Assembly (NCBI GenBank): GCA_013265495.1
Contig: MU058423.1
Span: 5,872,745-5,936,744 of the forward strand
DNA length: 64,000 nt
Direction of reading: 5' to 3'
Origin: Vicugna vicugna
Lineage: Eukaryota
Below, in pieces: positions 38,541 to 52,019 of this stretch. The notes under the pieces were generated by a model. It saw only the letters and a list, made by a program, of their open reading frames with translations, did not search any database and was not told the origin of the DNA. Position 1 is the stretch's first letter. Each line of letters opens with the position of its first letter. Position numbers and translations under genes: made by a program.

Positions 38541-40065
38541 TTTGTTATGTACATTTCAATCAGGATGGGCTTCTGCTTTGTCTATTTTCTAGGACCTTAT
38601 CTTCTTCCTGTCATCCATGATTAACAGCAGAGCTGCCATACTCCAGTTTTTCTAACCAAAAGATATTTTAAGCTTCCACATATTAATTATCTAAGCATAT
38701 ATTAGGCATTTTCTGAAGGATTTCTATTTTTAATGTCTTTAATGTTTATAAATAAATACATTTTAAAAACTGTCTCCTAAACTGAGAGTTAATGCCTAGG
38801 TTCTCAGAAAACAAAGGGTCTTCTGATTTTCAGTTATATTCCTTATTTGTTATATAACGATGACTTCTGCAGAATGTATTTTCTATCACAATTGAGTAAC
38901 AACTATTAATTGGCTTACCTCAGCCTAACAACTGTGTGAATAATAACATATAACTTAAAGTCCCTCCAAAACTGTGTTCCCCTTTATACCTAATCATATC
39001 TTCTCTCCAACTCTATCTAGTAAAGTTTGCTGATACTCCATGGTTTCTAAATTACTATGCCGGGCCTCTTCTTTATTCAAAATTAGTATTCTCTCCAATA
39101 ACTAGGCTATTACCATATAAGCAGCAGAATACTACTTTTCAGTACCATAAGCATTCCTATCCGCTAGATAACGTCTATAAACATTTCATGCATTACCTTT
39201 TTGAGGTATGGTTTGTTTCTTTCTCCCAACTCTTCATAACTTTCTGGCTTAGAACCAAGCTCTAATGAACAGCTGTAGATAGGTCTAATCCGCTTCTTTG
39301 TAGACTTTTTTGAATGTGCAAAATTTAGTTTCTTCCAAAAATTTTGACTATAAAATGGGACTGTTATCCAGTGTAAAATTTACAGACTCTCCATCTTAAG
39401 AGATCCAAGGTTTTAACATGAAAAGTGATTAATTAAAGTCATATTGAAGTTTTTTATTCTTTCTTGTAAGTCATTAATTTAAAAGACATGCTTCTGAGCT
39501 CAGGATGAGTGCTTGGTTACTTATTTAGCAATAACAGTATGCCCTTCTTTCTACCTTCTGTTCTCAAAATTGTTTAGCAAACGTAACTTCCTTGTTGAAA
39601 AAATACTTATTAATCTCTAGATAAATCATTACTTATCTGTTGAATAAAGCATAAAAGTTAAATATTGGTCATGCCAATGCAAAATTTCATTTGTATGTAA
39701 ATATGTGATATGGACCCACATTAGAACTCATTCTCACAAGCTATGTGGACAAATGACTCCACAGCAATAATCAAATCTTTGATTTTTTTTGGAATATAGA
39801 GACTTGTGTAGTGCCAATGATGGTCTCTATCACAGCAATTCATATACATGTTTACTTCAATAAAGGGAACATTTAAATGTGAAAATTTTAAGGTTAATTT
39901 GGAGGAAATGAGTTACTTAGTATCAAAAATATGCAAATTGCTACTGCTCCTTGGAATTACACTGCACCAAATAATTGGATAACCAAGGTGCTAAAGATAC
40001 AAAAAAACAAAAATAGAAATATAATCCTCACCCTCCCCATATAAATAACTTATGGTTGGGGTTAT

Positions 40066-40616
40066 TGTGAAGATAGGGTTGTCCTAAAGCCAAACTGGGA
40101 CATATCTTGCCTATTTTATTTTCAATGATATTTGAAACTTTGGTACTGACTCTTGACCAAGTTAAAGATGAGATGGGTTAATAAATAAATTTATAATGTG
40201 CTACTTGAAGTGTCATACTCCCTTGGAGGCACCCAGGGTCCTTTTTTTGGGGGGGGGGATTTAGCGAGAGATATGTAAATGACTAGCTTATATTTGGTTA
40301 AAATGGTTAAATAAACGGCTTGACAATGTAACTAGCGAGGCATAAGAGGACCTATTGGAAACTTTTATACAAGTTCTCTTGAAACCAAGATTACTTGCAT
40401 TCATTTCAGTGGTTCATAATCCAAAGATGAAGCACATCTTGTGTTTCTAAGAAGAATCTTGGGAGATGAATCTGGGTGTATCTTGGGCTCTTATGTATGT
40501 TTCTGCTTCCTTTCTCCTGTTTCACTGTATCCTTTACCTTGGTTAAAGCCCTACTGAGTATGGTCTCTGGAGTCTTATGAGTCCTTTCAATTATACAATC
40601 CTGTGAAATAATTGCA
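40066..40616 (+). mobile_element. Old ERVL-type LTR (MER21/MER68/MER77-like)
   Basis: TG...CA termini; ctgtatccttt..tgagtatgg..gagtcttatgagtcctt resembles the R/U5 of this group. Confidence 0.45.
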
Positions 40617-41696
40617 GCTGTGAAATAGATTTAAAAATAAAAACTATAAAAATAAATAGTAGTGATAAGAATAGGTTTTTGTGACATGTAATTAAAAGAG
40701 AAAATAGTGAAATGAAATGGGAAAGAAGCAGATATTTTAATGTGAAAATTATTAAAAACTATAAAACTAAAATAATAACAAAATAACTAAAGGTAACTAA
40801 ATTTTTTGAAGAAAGCTTTAGTGCTATATTGGAAAGAAAGAGAGAGAACAAATTTAGCTCTAGAAATTACCAGCATCTCTGACTATAAACCAAAGATAAT
40901 AAAATTACTGTCATAGATTACTGTTAGAATATAATTAAATAGTGATTATAAAAGAAAATAGCATAGAACTTCGAATATAACAAAAATTAAACAAGTATTT
41001 CTCTGTTCATTCAGCTTAGAATTTTATTTAACTTAGAAGGATACAACATTTTATTGTATTATGAAGTTTAAATGCTTTCAAGAGATCAATTTTCTCCAAA
41101 TTGACCTATAAGTTCCATTCATTTCTTGATGCAGTATATTTCTAATGTTAATATACTATTTGATTCTAAATTTTACATGGAAATAAGAAGGGCTATGATT
41201 AACAAGAATAATCTTGAAAAATAAAGACAAAAGTGGAAGATAATAATACAATGATATATAAAGATTTAACACAAAGCCATGCTTTTAAGAAAACATATTG
41301 TTGGTAAAAGAATGGAAGCAAAGCAATGGAATAACAGAGAATCCTGAAATAGACCACATATATGAATAATTTATTTATGAAAAAATGTGCACTACAGAGA
41401 AGTGAAAAAGATAGTCCCTTGAGTAAATTCTAGAGGGTTCTTGTTTATCTACATTTAGACTATTAAATTTCTGATCACTACCCAACATACATATAAATTG
41501 ATTTCTGGTGGATTATAGATCTAAAGATATGTATGGCCACCAAAAAGGGAGGAGTATAGGATAGGAATGATGATCAAAATCATAGAACATAGGCTTGACT
41601 TATCATTAAGTTTAGTGAGGCTTAAGAAACGGTACAGGACCGGAACAGCATAGGAGAGTTCTCCTAACTACCAGGCGCAGCTTTCAATACACCCAG

Positions 41697-41719
41697 ACAT
41701 ACACACATACACACACACA

Positions 41720-41754
<35 letters not shown>

Positions 41755-41764
41755 TCTCTCTCTC
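41697..41764. repeat. (CA)n(CT)n microsatellite
   Basis: Seen directly. Confidence 0.92.
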
Positions 41765-42294
41765 ATGCACATGTACCTGTACACACGACAAGATAAGATT
41801 AAATGGATATAGACCATCTTTGCAAAGAGTAACTATCTGCTCTGGGTCTCTCCAAATTTATAACCTACTAGTCACATATAACCCTCTCAGAGTTATATCA
41901 CTAGTTTACATTCTTTGATTCAGTTACACATTGTCAATTACAGGTAAGTATAATAGACAATATTGATTGTCCATCCATATATATCCATATATATTCATTC
42001 TTGTAAATTAATTTAGTTATTAACTCAGGAAGCCCATCATTTCCCTTAACTGAAACAGAAAGAAGTTCAAACAAGAGTAAGAGCCTCATGCATCTTTAAA
42101 ACTGGAAAAATATTACTGTTTATCAGAAAAATGATTTTCTGCCAATATTTAAAAAAGCAACATGGCTTCAAAAATGCAATTGGGAATATAGATCATGCCC
42201 TCTTTTCAGGCAAAGATTTCTTAAATACAACAAAAGAGCACTTCCATGAAGAAAGTATTGACAATTTAAGTTATATTAAAATTAGAAACTTCTA

Positions 42295-42768
42295 TATTCA
42301 GCCATAAAAAAGAATAAAATCATGCCATTTGCAGCAACATGGATGGACCTAGAGATCATCATTCTAAGTGAAGTAAGCCAGAAAGAGAAAGAAAATTACC
42401 ATATTATATCACTCATATGTGGAATCTGAAAAAAATGGAAAAAAAGAACACTACAAACTTACCTACAAAACAGAAACAGACTTGCAGACTTAGGAAACAA
42501 TCTTATGGTTACCGGGGAAAGGGGGTGGGAGGGCTAAATTTGGGAGTTTGAGATCTGCAAAATGTTAGCCACTATATATATAAATTGATTTAAAAAAACA
42601 AGTTTCTTCTGTATAGCACAGGGAACTATATCCATATCTTACAATAACTTTTAAAGAAAAAGAATATGAAAACAAATATATGTACGTATATGCATGACTG
42701 GGGACATTATACTGTACACCAGAAATGGATACATTGTAACTGTTTGTACTTCAATAAAAAATAATTAA
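42295..42768 (+). mobile_element. Young 5'-truncated L1 3' UTR with a 17-bp TSD
   Basis: TSD aaaattag[a/g]aacttcta at 42278-42294 and 42769-42785. Ends tgtacttcaataaaaa. Same subfamily as 28736-29300 (tgcatgactggg..acatt). Confidence 0.93.
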
Positions 42769-42830
42769 AAAATTAGGAACTTCTAATTGGCAAATTCCTC
42801 CATTAAGAGACTGATAAGAAAAAACAGATT

Positions 42831-45800
42831 GAGGGGAGATCAAGATGGTGGAGTAGGAGGATGTGGAGCTCACCTTCTCCCACAAACACATCAAAAATAT
42901 ACCTACATATGGAACAGTTCTCACAGAAAATCAACAGGAAATAGGCAGAAGATCTCTTACACAACCAAAATGGCAAGAAATATCCCCATGTACTTGGGTA
43001 GGATGAAAAAAGGCATTAGACAGGACCAATTTCCCAGGGAGGAATCTGTGAAGAAGGGAGTGTCCACATGGGCAGGCCCTGGCTCTGTAAAGCCCTGTCT
43101 GCTGGAAGGCCCACTGGGGCAGATAGAGGAGATAGAGGGGCCTGGACTCTGCTTGTGAGCAGTGTCTGCATACTTGCTTGCTGCCACTTCACAGCACTTC
43201 CTGGCCTGAACCATGCACAGGTTGGGACTGCTAGTACCTGCAGCTGCTAGTTGCTGAAATCATGGCTGAGGGACCCCAAAAGAGGACTTGGTCTAGCTAT
43301 GTGGAGCCCACTGTTAGCACATGCAGGTGGGTGTGGTGGGTCTTCTGGGCAGCAGGCATTGTGAGCAAGCACACGGCAGGGATGGGGGCTTATCAGAGCT
43401 CATTTAGCCCTTCCACAGTGGGTGCACATCTCGCAGTGGTAGACTTTGTTGGCATGGACAACATGTGGCAAGTGGCATCACAGAATCAATGGACCTTGGT
43501 GGACAGCCCCTAGGGTAGAGTACACAATGGTTCCTTTCCCAACAGAAGCATTCCAGTTCTGCCCACCTCACACCATAGCTTGGAGTCAGATCTGAGGCAA
43601 ATGGATCCAGGAAGAGATCTACCACAGAGGCAGCCCAGGTCCCAGGTGGCAGCACAGACACCTCAATTCCTGCAGCTACGTAAGGCAAAGGAGCCTTATT
43701 GAACCCAACCCTCGGGGCTTCTACTCCAACAACTAGGGAGCAGACCCCACCACTGACAGGGCTGTGACAGCCACAGAGCAAAAAGGAGGCCCTGCCCACA
43801 TCCATGCAGGCTCTGGGCCTCACAATACCAATCACATACCCTCTCAAGAAGATAACAGAGAGCACACTCTGAGGAAAGCCATGGCAGGCATCCAAACAGA
43901 CAAAGCCCTCACACCACAAATACTGGCCCCATATAGTCTACAAAGGGACACTCCCACACTGAAACAGCCCTTCAAGATCAGAGAAGACAACTGTTTCTCC
44001 TAAATTCAGATAGACAAAGAAATTCAAGTAAAACGAAAAAGCAGAGGAACTACTTCCAATTAAAAGAACAGAGAACTCCTCCAAAAGAACAATGAAATAG
44101 ACTTTTCCAGTCTACTAGACCATGAGTTCAAAAAAGAGCTAATAAGAATGTTCAAGGAATTTAAAAACAATTAGGATTGAAAGATACAGAATGGAGACTG
44201 AATTGAAAAACAAGAAACTACAATATGCTGCCTACAAGAGACTCACTTCAGGGCAAAAGACACACATAGGTTGAAAGTTAGGGGATGGAAAAAGATATTT
44301 CATGCAAATGCAAAAAAGAAGAAAGGACTGACAGGCATAAAGGGAGAAATTGACAAAAATAAAATAGTAGGAGACTTTAACACCCATTGACATCAATGGA
44401 CAGATTTTCCAGACAGAAAATCAAGAAGGTAACAAAGGTCCTGAATGACAAGGTAGATCAGTTGGACTTAATATCTACAGGCCACTAAATCAGAAAAAAA
44501 AGAAAAAGAAAAAGAAAAAACAGAATACATTCTTTTCAAGCACACATGGAATATTCTCTAGGAGAGACCACCTATAGGTCACAAACACACAAAAAAGTTG
44601 CAACAAAGTTAAGAGGACAGAAATTATATCAAATACCTTTTCTAACCACAAGAGTATAAAACTAGAAATCAACCATAGAAAGAAAAAAGAGGGAAAAAAA
44701 TCACATGGAGACTAAACAAGATGTTACTAAAATGGAGCAATGATGATTAAATCAAAGAAGAAATCAGAAAACATGAGACAAATGATAATGGAAGCACAAC
44801 CTTACAAAATCTATACAGTGTAGCAAAAGCAGTTCTAAGAGGGAAGGTCATAGTGATACAGGCCTTCCTCAAGAGACAAGACAAAACTCAAATAAATAAT
44901 CTGGCCTACCACCTAAAACAACTAGAAAAAGAACAAGCCTAAAGTGAGGAGAAAGAAGAAATTAATAAAGATCAGAGAGGAGATAAATTAAATAGAGCTA
45001 AAAAATAATAGAAAAGATCAATAAAACCAAGAGATGGTTTTTGGAAAAGATAAACAAAACTGACAAACCTCTAGCCATGCTCACCAGGAAGAAAAGAGAG
45101 AAGACCCAAACAAACAAAATAAGAAATAAAAGAGGAGAAATAACATCTGAGTCTGCAGAAATGCAAGAAACCATAGGAATATGCTATGAGCAATTATGTG
45201 CCAACAAATTAGACAACCTAGAATGTGGGAGCCCATGATTGGGTTAACAAATTGTAACAGACCCCAGCCACTTCTCTCCTTAAGGAAGAGCAAATGTGCT
45301 TAGTAACTGCCTTGCTTGCATAGTTGAGGTTTTAGCAAGACCCAAGCTCTCAGCTATAAACGCTGGGCGTGCCTACTGTTAAATAGTCTTCTATCCCCAA
45401 AACAGCCTTGGGCTGGAATAGTAAACAAGTTATAAAAAGCTGCAGACTCAGAGGTGAGAAGGCTGGTTAGCCAATGACGGGTAAGATCTCCTGAGAGGGG
45501 CAACCTAAGACAGGCACAGCTGCCTGAGTCCAAGAAAAATGTTGTTGTGCAGCTGATTCTCATACGTTCTGCCCTGACAAGCTGAAAGGCTCAACAGGAA
45601 CATGATTTACCAGAAAGGGTCTTCTGACCTTGAGCCAAACACCAACAATAAACAAAGCCCTTGTACTCACTGTTATCCCACCCTGTCCTTACCTAAATTC
45701 CTGCATTCCTCCTTTGACTGTACACAATAAATACGGGAGCATTTGAGAGGTTCCTTGAGTTGGCTCCCACTCCCTCTCGCTCCCTTGACTTTTTCCAGAG

Positions 45801-47925
45801 TCTTGAGTAATTCATTCCGTCTCAGTGGGACTTCTGCCGGCCAGAATCCACACTAGAAGAAACAAACAACTTCTAGAAACATGCAGCCTGCCAAAACTGA
45901 ATCAAGAAGAAACAGGTAATTTGAATAAACTGACCACTAAAAGGGAATAGAATCTGCAACATAAAAAAATCCCTGAAAGCAAAAAACCAGGACCAGATGG
46001 CTTCACTGGGTAATTCTACCAAACATACAAAGAAGAACATATACCTATCCTTCTAAAACTATTCCAAAAGACTGAAGAGGAGGGAACATTCTCAAAGTCA
46101 TTTATGAAGCCACCATCACTCTAATACCAAAACCAAAGACACTACAAAAAAAGAAATGTAAAGGCCAATATATTTGATGAATATAGATGCAAAAATTCTC
46201 AACAAAATATTAGCAAACCAAATCCAACAATACATAAAAAGAATCATACACTATGATCAAGTTGGATTCATGCCAGGGTTGCAAGGATGGTTCAATATAC
46301 ACAAAACAATCAACATGATATACCACATTAACGAAAGAAAACAGAAAAACTATATGGTCATTTCAATAGATGCAGTAAAAGCATTTGATAAAATTCAGTA
46401 TCGATTTATGATAAAAATTCTCACCAAAAATTCTCATAGAGGAAACACATCTAAACATAATAAAAGCCATTAATGACAAACCCGCAGCCAACATAACACT
46501 CAATGGTGAAAAGCTGGAAGCCTCCCATTAAATTCAGGAACAAGACAAGTATGCCTACTCTCCCTATTTCTATTTAATACAGTATTGGAAGTTCTAGCCA
46601 CAGCAATCAGACAAGAAAAATAAACAAAATGTATCCAAATTGGAATGGAAGGGGTAAAACTCACTATTTTCAGATAACAGGATATTTTATAAAGAGAACC
46701 CTAAAGACTCTACACAAAAACCATTAGAACTAATAAATGAATTTAGCAAGGCAGCAGGATAAAAGATTCATATACAGAAATCTACTGCACTTATTTATAC
46801 CAAGTATAAAATATCATAAAGAGAAAGTTAAAAAAGAAAAGAAAAGAAAAGAAAAACCAATCTCATGTAAAATTGCTTCAAAGAAATACAATATCTACGG
46901 AAAAACTTAGCCTAGGAGCTGAATGAGATATCTTTTTCACAGCTATGAAGATCATAGACAAAATGAAAAGACACCCTACTGCATGATAGAAAATATTCAC
47001 AAATGATATAAGCTATAAAGGGTTAATATCCAAAACATATAAACAACCCATACAACTCTACCCTAGAAAAACAAACAACTCAACTTAAAAAATGGGCAGA
47101 AGACTTGAATTAAACATTTTCCCAAAGAAGTCATACAGATGGCCAGTGAAAAGATTGTCGACATCACTGATCATCAGAGAAATGTAACTCAAAACCACAA
47201 TGAGATATCACATCATATCTGCCAGAATGGCTATCAAAAAGATAACAAATAATAAATGTTGGCAAGGATGTGGAAAAAGGAACCCTCATACACTGCTGGT
47301 GGGAATGTATGTTGGTGCAGCCACTATGGAAAACACTATAGTGGTTCCTCAAAAAACCAAAAACAGAACTACCGTATGATCCAGCATTCTACTCCTGGGT
47401 ATACATCTAAAGAAAATGAAAACACTAATTCAAAGAGATAAATGCATCCAATATTCACAGAAGTATTATTTTCAGTAGTCAAGATATGGAAAGAACCTAA
47501 TTGTCCATCAACATATGAATTGATAATGATGTGGTACTGCTCAGCCATAACAGAATAAAATTTTGCCATTTGCAGCAACATAGATGAACTTGGAGGATAT
47601 TACACTTAGTAAAATAAGTCAAAGACAAATACTGTATGTTATCACTTATATGTAGAATCTAAAAATAAACAAATGAGTCAATAAACAAAATAGAAACAGA
47701 CACACAGATATAGATAACAAACTAGTGGTTACCAATTGGGAGAGGATGGGGGGAGGGGCAGGAAAGGGGTAGAGGATTAAAAGGTACAAACTACTATGTA
47801 TAAAATAAAGAAGCTACAGGGATGTATCGTACACATGGGTAATGCAGCCAATAATTTATAGTAACTTTAAATGGAGTATAATCCACAAAAATATTGAATC
47901 GCTATGTTGAAATCTGAAACTAATA
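42831..47925 (+). mobile_element. L1 with intact 5' UTR and several internal deletions, carrying a nested LTR
   Basis: 5' gaggggagatcaagatgg. ORF1 N-terminus ~44030-44165, EN (tgctgcctacaagagact = CCLQET; ggagactttaacacc = GDFNT), RT ORF 46174-46473 ([31 protein letters not shown]), mutated FADD at ~46668, 3' UTR to ~47925. Confidence 0.93.
45224..45852 (+). mobile_element. Solo LTR (629 bp) with a 6-bp TSD, class II (ERVK/beta-like) candidate
   Basis: Termini TGTGG...CCACA and TSD ctagaa at 45218-45223 and 45853-45858. Removing it restores L1 ORF2 (gacaacctagaagaaa). Contains CCAAT and AATAAA motifs; strand assignment is tentative. Confidence 0.88.
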
Positions 47926-48320
47926 AAGGAATATTATACAACAATGAAAAGGCTTAAAATACATTTTGATTTGCAACTGCATGGATTTATATTACAAATA
48001 CATTCCTGAGAAATAGGCTAAAACACAAGAACTATGTGCTAAATTATTCAATTCATCTAAATCTCAAAACCAATTAAAACTGAAATATAGATTGAGATGT
48101 TAAAATAATTATTAAATTTGGTTAAATCTGAGGTGGATGATATATGAAGTGATTGGAAGGTTCATGAGAAAGGTTTATTAGGTGCTAGCATTATTCACAT
48201 TTTTGGATATGTATAATAGTGACTGAAGTATAGTCACTTTGTAGAAAAAAATATTGAGCTGTACAGTTATGATTTTTGTATCTTTCTTTGTATATGCTGT
48301 ATTTTAATTTTAAGTCTTCT
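47926..48320 (+). mobile_element. Old L1 (L1ME-like) 3' UTR
   Basis: ggaatattatacaacaatgaaaa and agtatagtcactttgtag..attgagctgtaca. Confidence 0.65.
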
Positions 48321-50160
48321 TTTTTCCCCCAACTGGAGCTTGGGAAAGGTTGGCACACTTGTCTTTTCTCTAGTCCCAATCTTCTGCTGTCTGTCTTACT
48401 TTCATAACAGGCTGCATCTGGTTTAACTAGGGTTGAATTTGGAGAAGGGAGGAGAGATAAAGGGATGAAAATGTGTTGCTTGTTGGTTTCCATGAGCTGA
48501 TATCACTGTTTCCAGGAACTGGCAGATATTTAAAACTGATTCTTCCTGTTATGGGACACTTTTCTGGGCCCTTTAGAAAAGCTTTGTATTTAGACACCTC
48601 TCACTTGCAATGTTTCTGTTTAATGCTGGTAAATAAATTTAATCTACTTTGTAGCTTTTTGATTACCTAAGCATCCAATGCTATATCAACAGCTTTCAAA
48701 GCTAGTGTTAACTCACTTCTCCAAGAACTTCCTTGGGCAGAATTTATACCCCACCTGGAGATGTCTCTTGTATACATGGTACAACTTCTCCAGAGGAAAC
48801 ATAGACATCCTTTTCCTGAAACACTCTGGGAGTACAGGGTATCACACTAGACAACTTCTCTTTTCTCAATAACAATTACCTGAGTTATGTGCCAGTTATT
48901 TTATTCCTCAATTTGTACGTAACAGATATTAAATTCTCCAAGGGATTCTACTGAATTTCTTCTTATTTGATTGAAATGAGAGAAATCTACTCTCCCAAGC
49001 CCCAGTCCATGGAATAGTGAGACTCAAAGTCCACCAACAGCTCTAAAGGAACCTGTTCTTCTATTCTCTGACTCCCTGCTGACTATAATCCCACACATTT
49101 TATACTATAGAGTGCATAACAAGAATTACAAAACTAATACATCTACACCATCACTTACAGGTACACTATACATTGTTTTCTGTTCTAGGTGCTTCACTTA
49201 TATTAGGTATTTTAATTCAATATTTAAAATATCTGTGTAACTAGTTAGGGTTATCTCCACTTCACATAGAAATACTCAAAAATACTAAGAATGTTGCCCA
49301 CAATCACGATCAATGGCCCAATTCTCTTTGATACCATATCCCTCTGCTCAAAAGAACAAAGTGCTGCAATCTCTATAAATGAATCAAATCTCATCCTGAA
49401 TCAGATTTTCCACTCTTTTTTTCTAAGTATTGTTCAATACTGTTATGAGCTCATACATATGAAAAATCATTTTATCAGCCAACAGAAAAAAATTACTGCC
49501 AGTGTGTCTGCACGGTCGTATTTTTTAAATGCTATTACTCAGATTAATGACCTTCCTTTATTACTAGGTTTTGCTCTTACTGTGTACTAGCAGTTTCTAA
49601 AAATAAAATATTACTTAGAAAGATGAATATTTACCATAATTTGACATACTCAAAATATCTTTTTATCTCTAAAAGTAGTTCCAAAGGAGGAATTTCCTAA
49701 ATATTTCTGGCAATATTGTCATCAAACCAGTTAACTTTTATTCTTTGTTGGATATACCTTTAGATGTCCTTGTTTTAAAAAAGGGATGGTGCTGTATCTT
49801 TTTTCATCATTATAATGCATACATCCATATAATAGCATCATGTCTCCACATAAAAAGGAGTTTTTTGAAGAAAACTATTTCTCACATGACAGTTTTATAT
49901 CTTAAGGTTGATTTGATCCAATATGTATAAACGTTCTAATGTCATAATTATTGCTTTAATAAGATATATTTATTGTCATTTTATTTTGATAGTTATGAAG
50001 AATCTTAAGAATAAAATATGTGCTTCCAACTGAAACAAATTTCAAAGTAAGGTGAAGAAACTGGATGAAAATTGTATAAAAGATTCCGGCATATTATTAC
50101 TAGTAGAATTGGACCATAGCAATAATTAACTGGATGAGTATAATGCATATTGTCATGAGC

Positions 50161-50632
50161 TGTGAAGGAGCTGAGATTTTATCCAACTTGCTCAGCTAAC
50201 AAGTTAGCTTGACACAGTCTCATGTCTCTGGCAGAAGACATGAAACTTCTGCATCAGAAAAAAAAAGGACTTTATTATTCATAGCTTAGCAAGCAGCATA
50301 AGTTTCATGTCACATCAGTTACCCATTTCCTCCTAGTCTCACAAGGCTGATGGAGAGGTGGTCCCAGATGGATGCTGCACATGAAATAGGTGTGTGTCAC
50401 AGCTTAAGAAGCCCTATCTGATAAGGATGCTACTGGCAAACCTGCCTAATCTTTATCCTGAGAGCACATTTTCTATGTTATACTGATCAGGAAACAAAGC
50501 TGCCTTCTTCGCTAGAGGAAAGACACTATCTCTATATGTCAAGGCTGCCTGCTATTCAGACATTCTTGCAAAGGTAGACTTGAACACAGACATAAGATTT
50601 GCAGAAACGACATGCAGAAGTGTTTCCCAACA
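50161..50632 (-). mobile_element. ERVL solo LTR (MER76-like)
   Basis: TG...CA termini; ctgagattttatcc..gctaacaagttagc..ggcagaagaca..ggactttatt (antisense AATAAA); ends ttcccaaca. Confidence 0.7.
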
Positions 50633-50899
50633 GATACGCATTTGTATAGTGTTCCCCTTGCTGAGATGTGATCCCCAAATTTAGGAAAATTCTTTCCTCC
50701 TTCCAGCCTCCCTGATACAGTGGGTGCAGCTAAGCTTGTAAGACATTACCTTGACTAGGACCCAAATTTAGTGAATCATAACCATCGTTACAAATTTGCT
50801 ATCGGCTTTAGTAAAGTAGGAGGTCTGGATGCCACACAAACTAATATGCATATAGGAAGCTGAAAGTATCTTCTTTTCTTCAGCCAAATATTAAAGGTT

Positions 50900-51130
50900 A
50901 GGGTGCAGAGATAAGAATGAAGCTGGCAGAGAGGAGAAGAAATAAGAAACACACCAACTAGATCTTGAGCTTTGAGCATTGGCTTCAAATAGGTTCTACT
51001 TTCTTGACTTTGGGTGTAACTTCATGATCAGTTTCTCTCTCTCTCTCTCTTTTTTTTTTTTTTTTTTTTATTTAACTCTTGTTAAGTTTTTTTTTAACTT
51101 ATGCATACAAAAAGAGACTTATCTAAAACA
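50900..51130 (+). mobile_element. Old MaLR LTR (MLT1J/K/L-like) 3' fragment
   Basis: gaatgaagctggcagagagg..tttgagcattggcttcaa and terminal acttatgcatacaaaaagagactt. Confidence 0.4.
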
Positions 51131-51654
51131 AACATAAGAATAGCACTTCTTACTGCCATTTATTTTTCTACTAAACATTTTTGAGCTCTCTCCTTTGCTA
51201 GACATGAGGATAGGTGTTGTTTCCTCAGTGCCTTAGACTCTAGACTATTAATTACAGGGCAATGTGACCAGTTCTATAAGAGAAATGTAATTAGTTTGTG
51301 TTAGGAACAAAGAATAAGGGAAACTAACATAGACTGGAATTGGACATCAGATTATGTCATCTATAAAATTAAATCTGTCAATTGAGACTTCTGTGGGTTG
51401 AGCCATTTCACTAGGCATGCTTGGTCTTTGCAATAGTCTGAAATTGATCCTTTTCTTAGAATATTAGTTTGACATCAGAAGAATTACATATAATTCAGTT
51501 TTCTTTATATAAGATGAAGTGAATCAATTATAAAGAAAAACATTCAAATACTAAATTGACATATTGTGCCTCCTAATATAAGAAAGTGTATTTTAACATT
51601 TTACTAACTCAATGTACAATGTTGGGTTTTTCCAATCTGCCTACGCAGTTATGG

Positions 51655-51655
<1 letters not shown>

Positions 51656-51693
<38 letters not shown>
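51656..51693. repeat. (TG)15(CG)4 microsatellite
   Basis: Seen directly; alternating purine-pyrimidine. Confidence 0.92.
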
Positions 51694-51694
<1 letters not shown>

Positions 51695-52019
51695 TGGGAG
51701 GCAACTGTTTTCACTCTTCTACTGCAGTTTTACACATCAAGAGCCCTGACCTTCAGGAGCCAACTGAAAAGAAAAAGGAAATTGCCCACACAAGTTAAAC
51801 AAAGTAGGACTGGCTTCATCTAGAAGTAAACAGTCACTATATGTATGCAAGAGTGAATGGACAAAGAGCTAATTAGGTAGTCAGCAAGACAGCAGTTGAG
51901 AGAGACAAGTAATTTAACTTTTAGAAATCATTAAATTGAGTAGTCACTTGAATTTCAGCCAGAGGGCAGGGGCTGGCTGATATCCCACAAAACACTTGGA
52001 AAAGGAACAAAAAATGACT

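Larger units (their letters stand above)
41030..42830 (+). mobile_element. Old L1 ORF2 3' pieces (41030-41525, 42205-42294, 42786-42830)
   Basis: ttctccaaattgacctataagttc, aatcctgaaatagaccacatatatg and caggcaaagatttcttaaa. Confidence 0.7.

Noticed and set aside
43404..43919. 171-aa antisense ORF in the L1 5' UTR (ORF0-like?)
   Set aside because: It starts at TTG, lies in GC-rich sequence where stops are rarer, and the frame is broken in the homologous 5' UTR at 12800-13450.
46174..46473. 99-aa reverse-transcriptase-like ORF as a functional gene
   Set aside because: It is a fragment of L1 ORF2. Flanks are frameshifted, the catalytic motif is mutated (FSDN) and an LTR interrupts the frame upstream.
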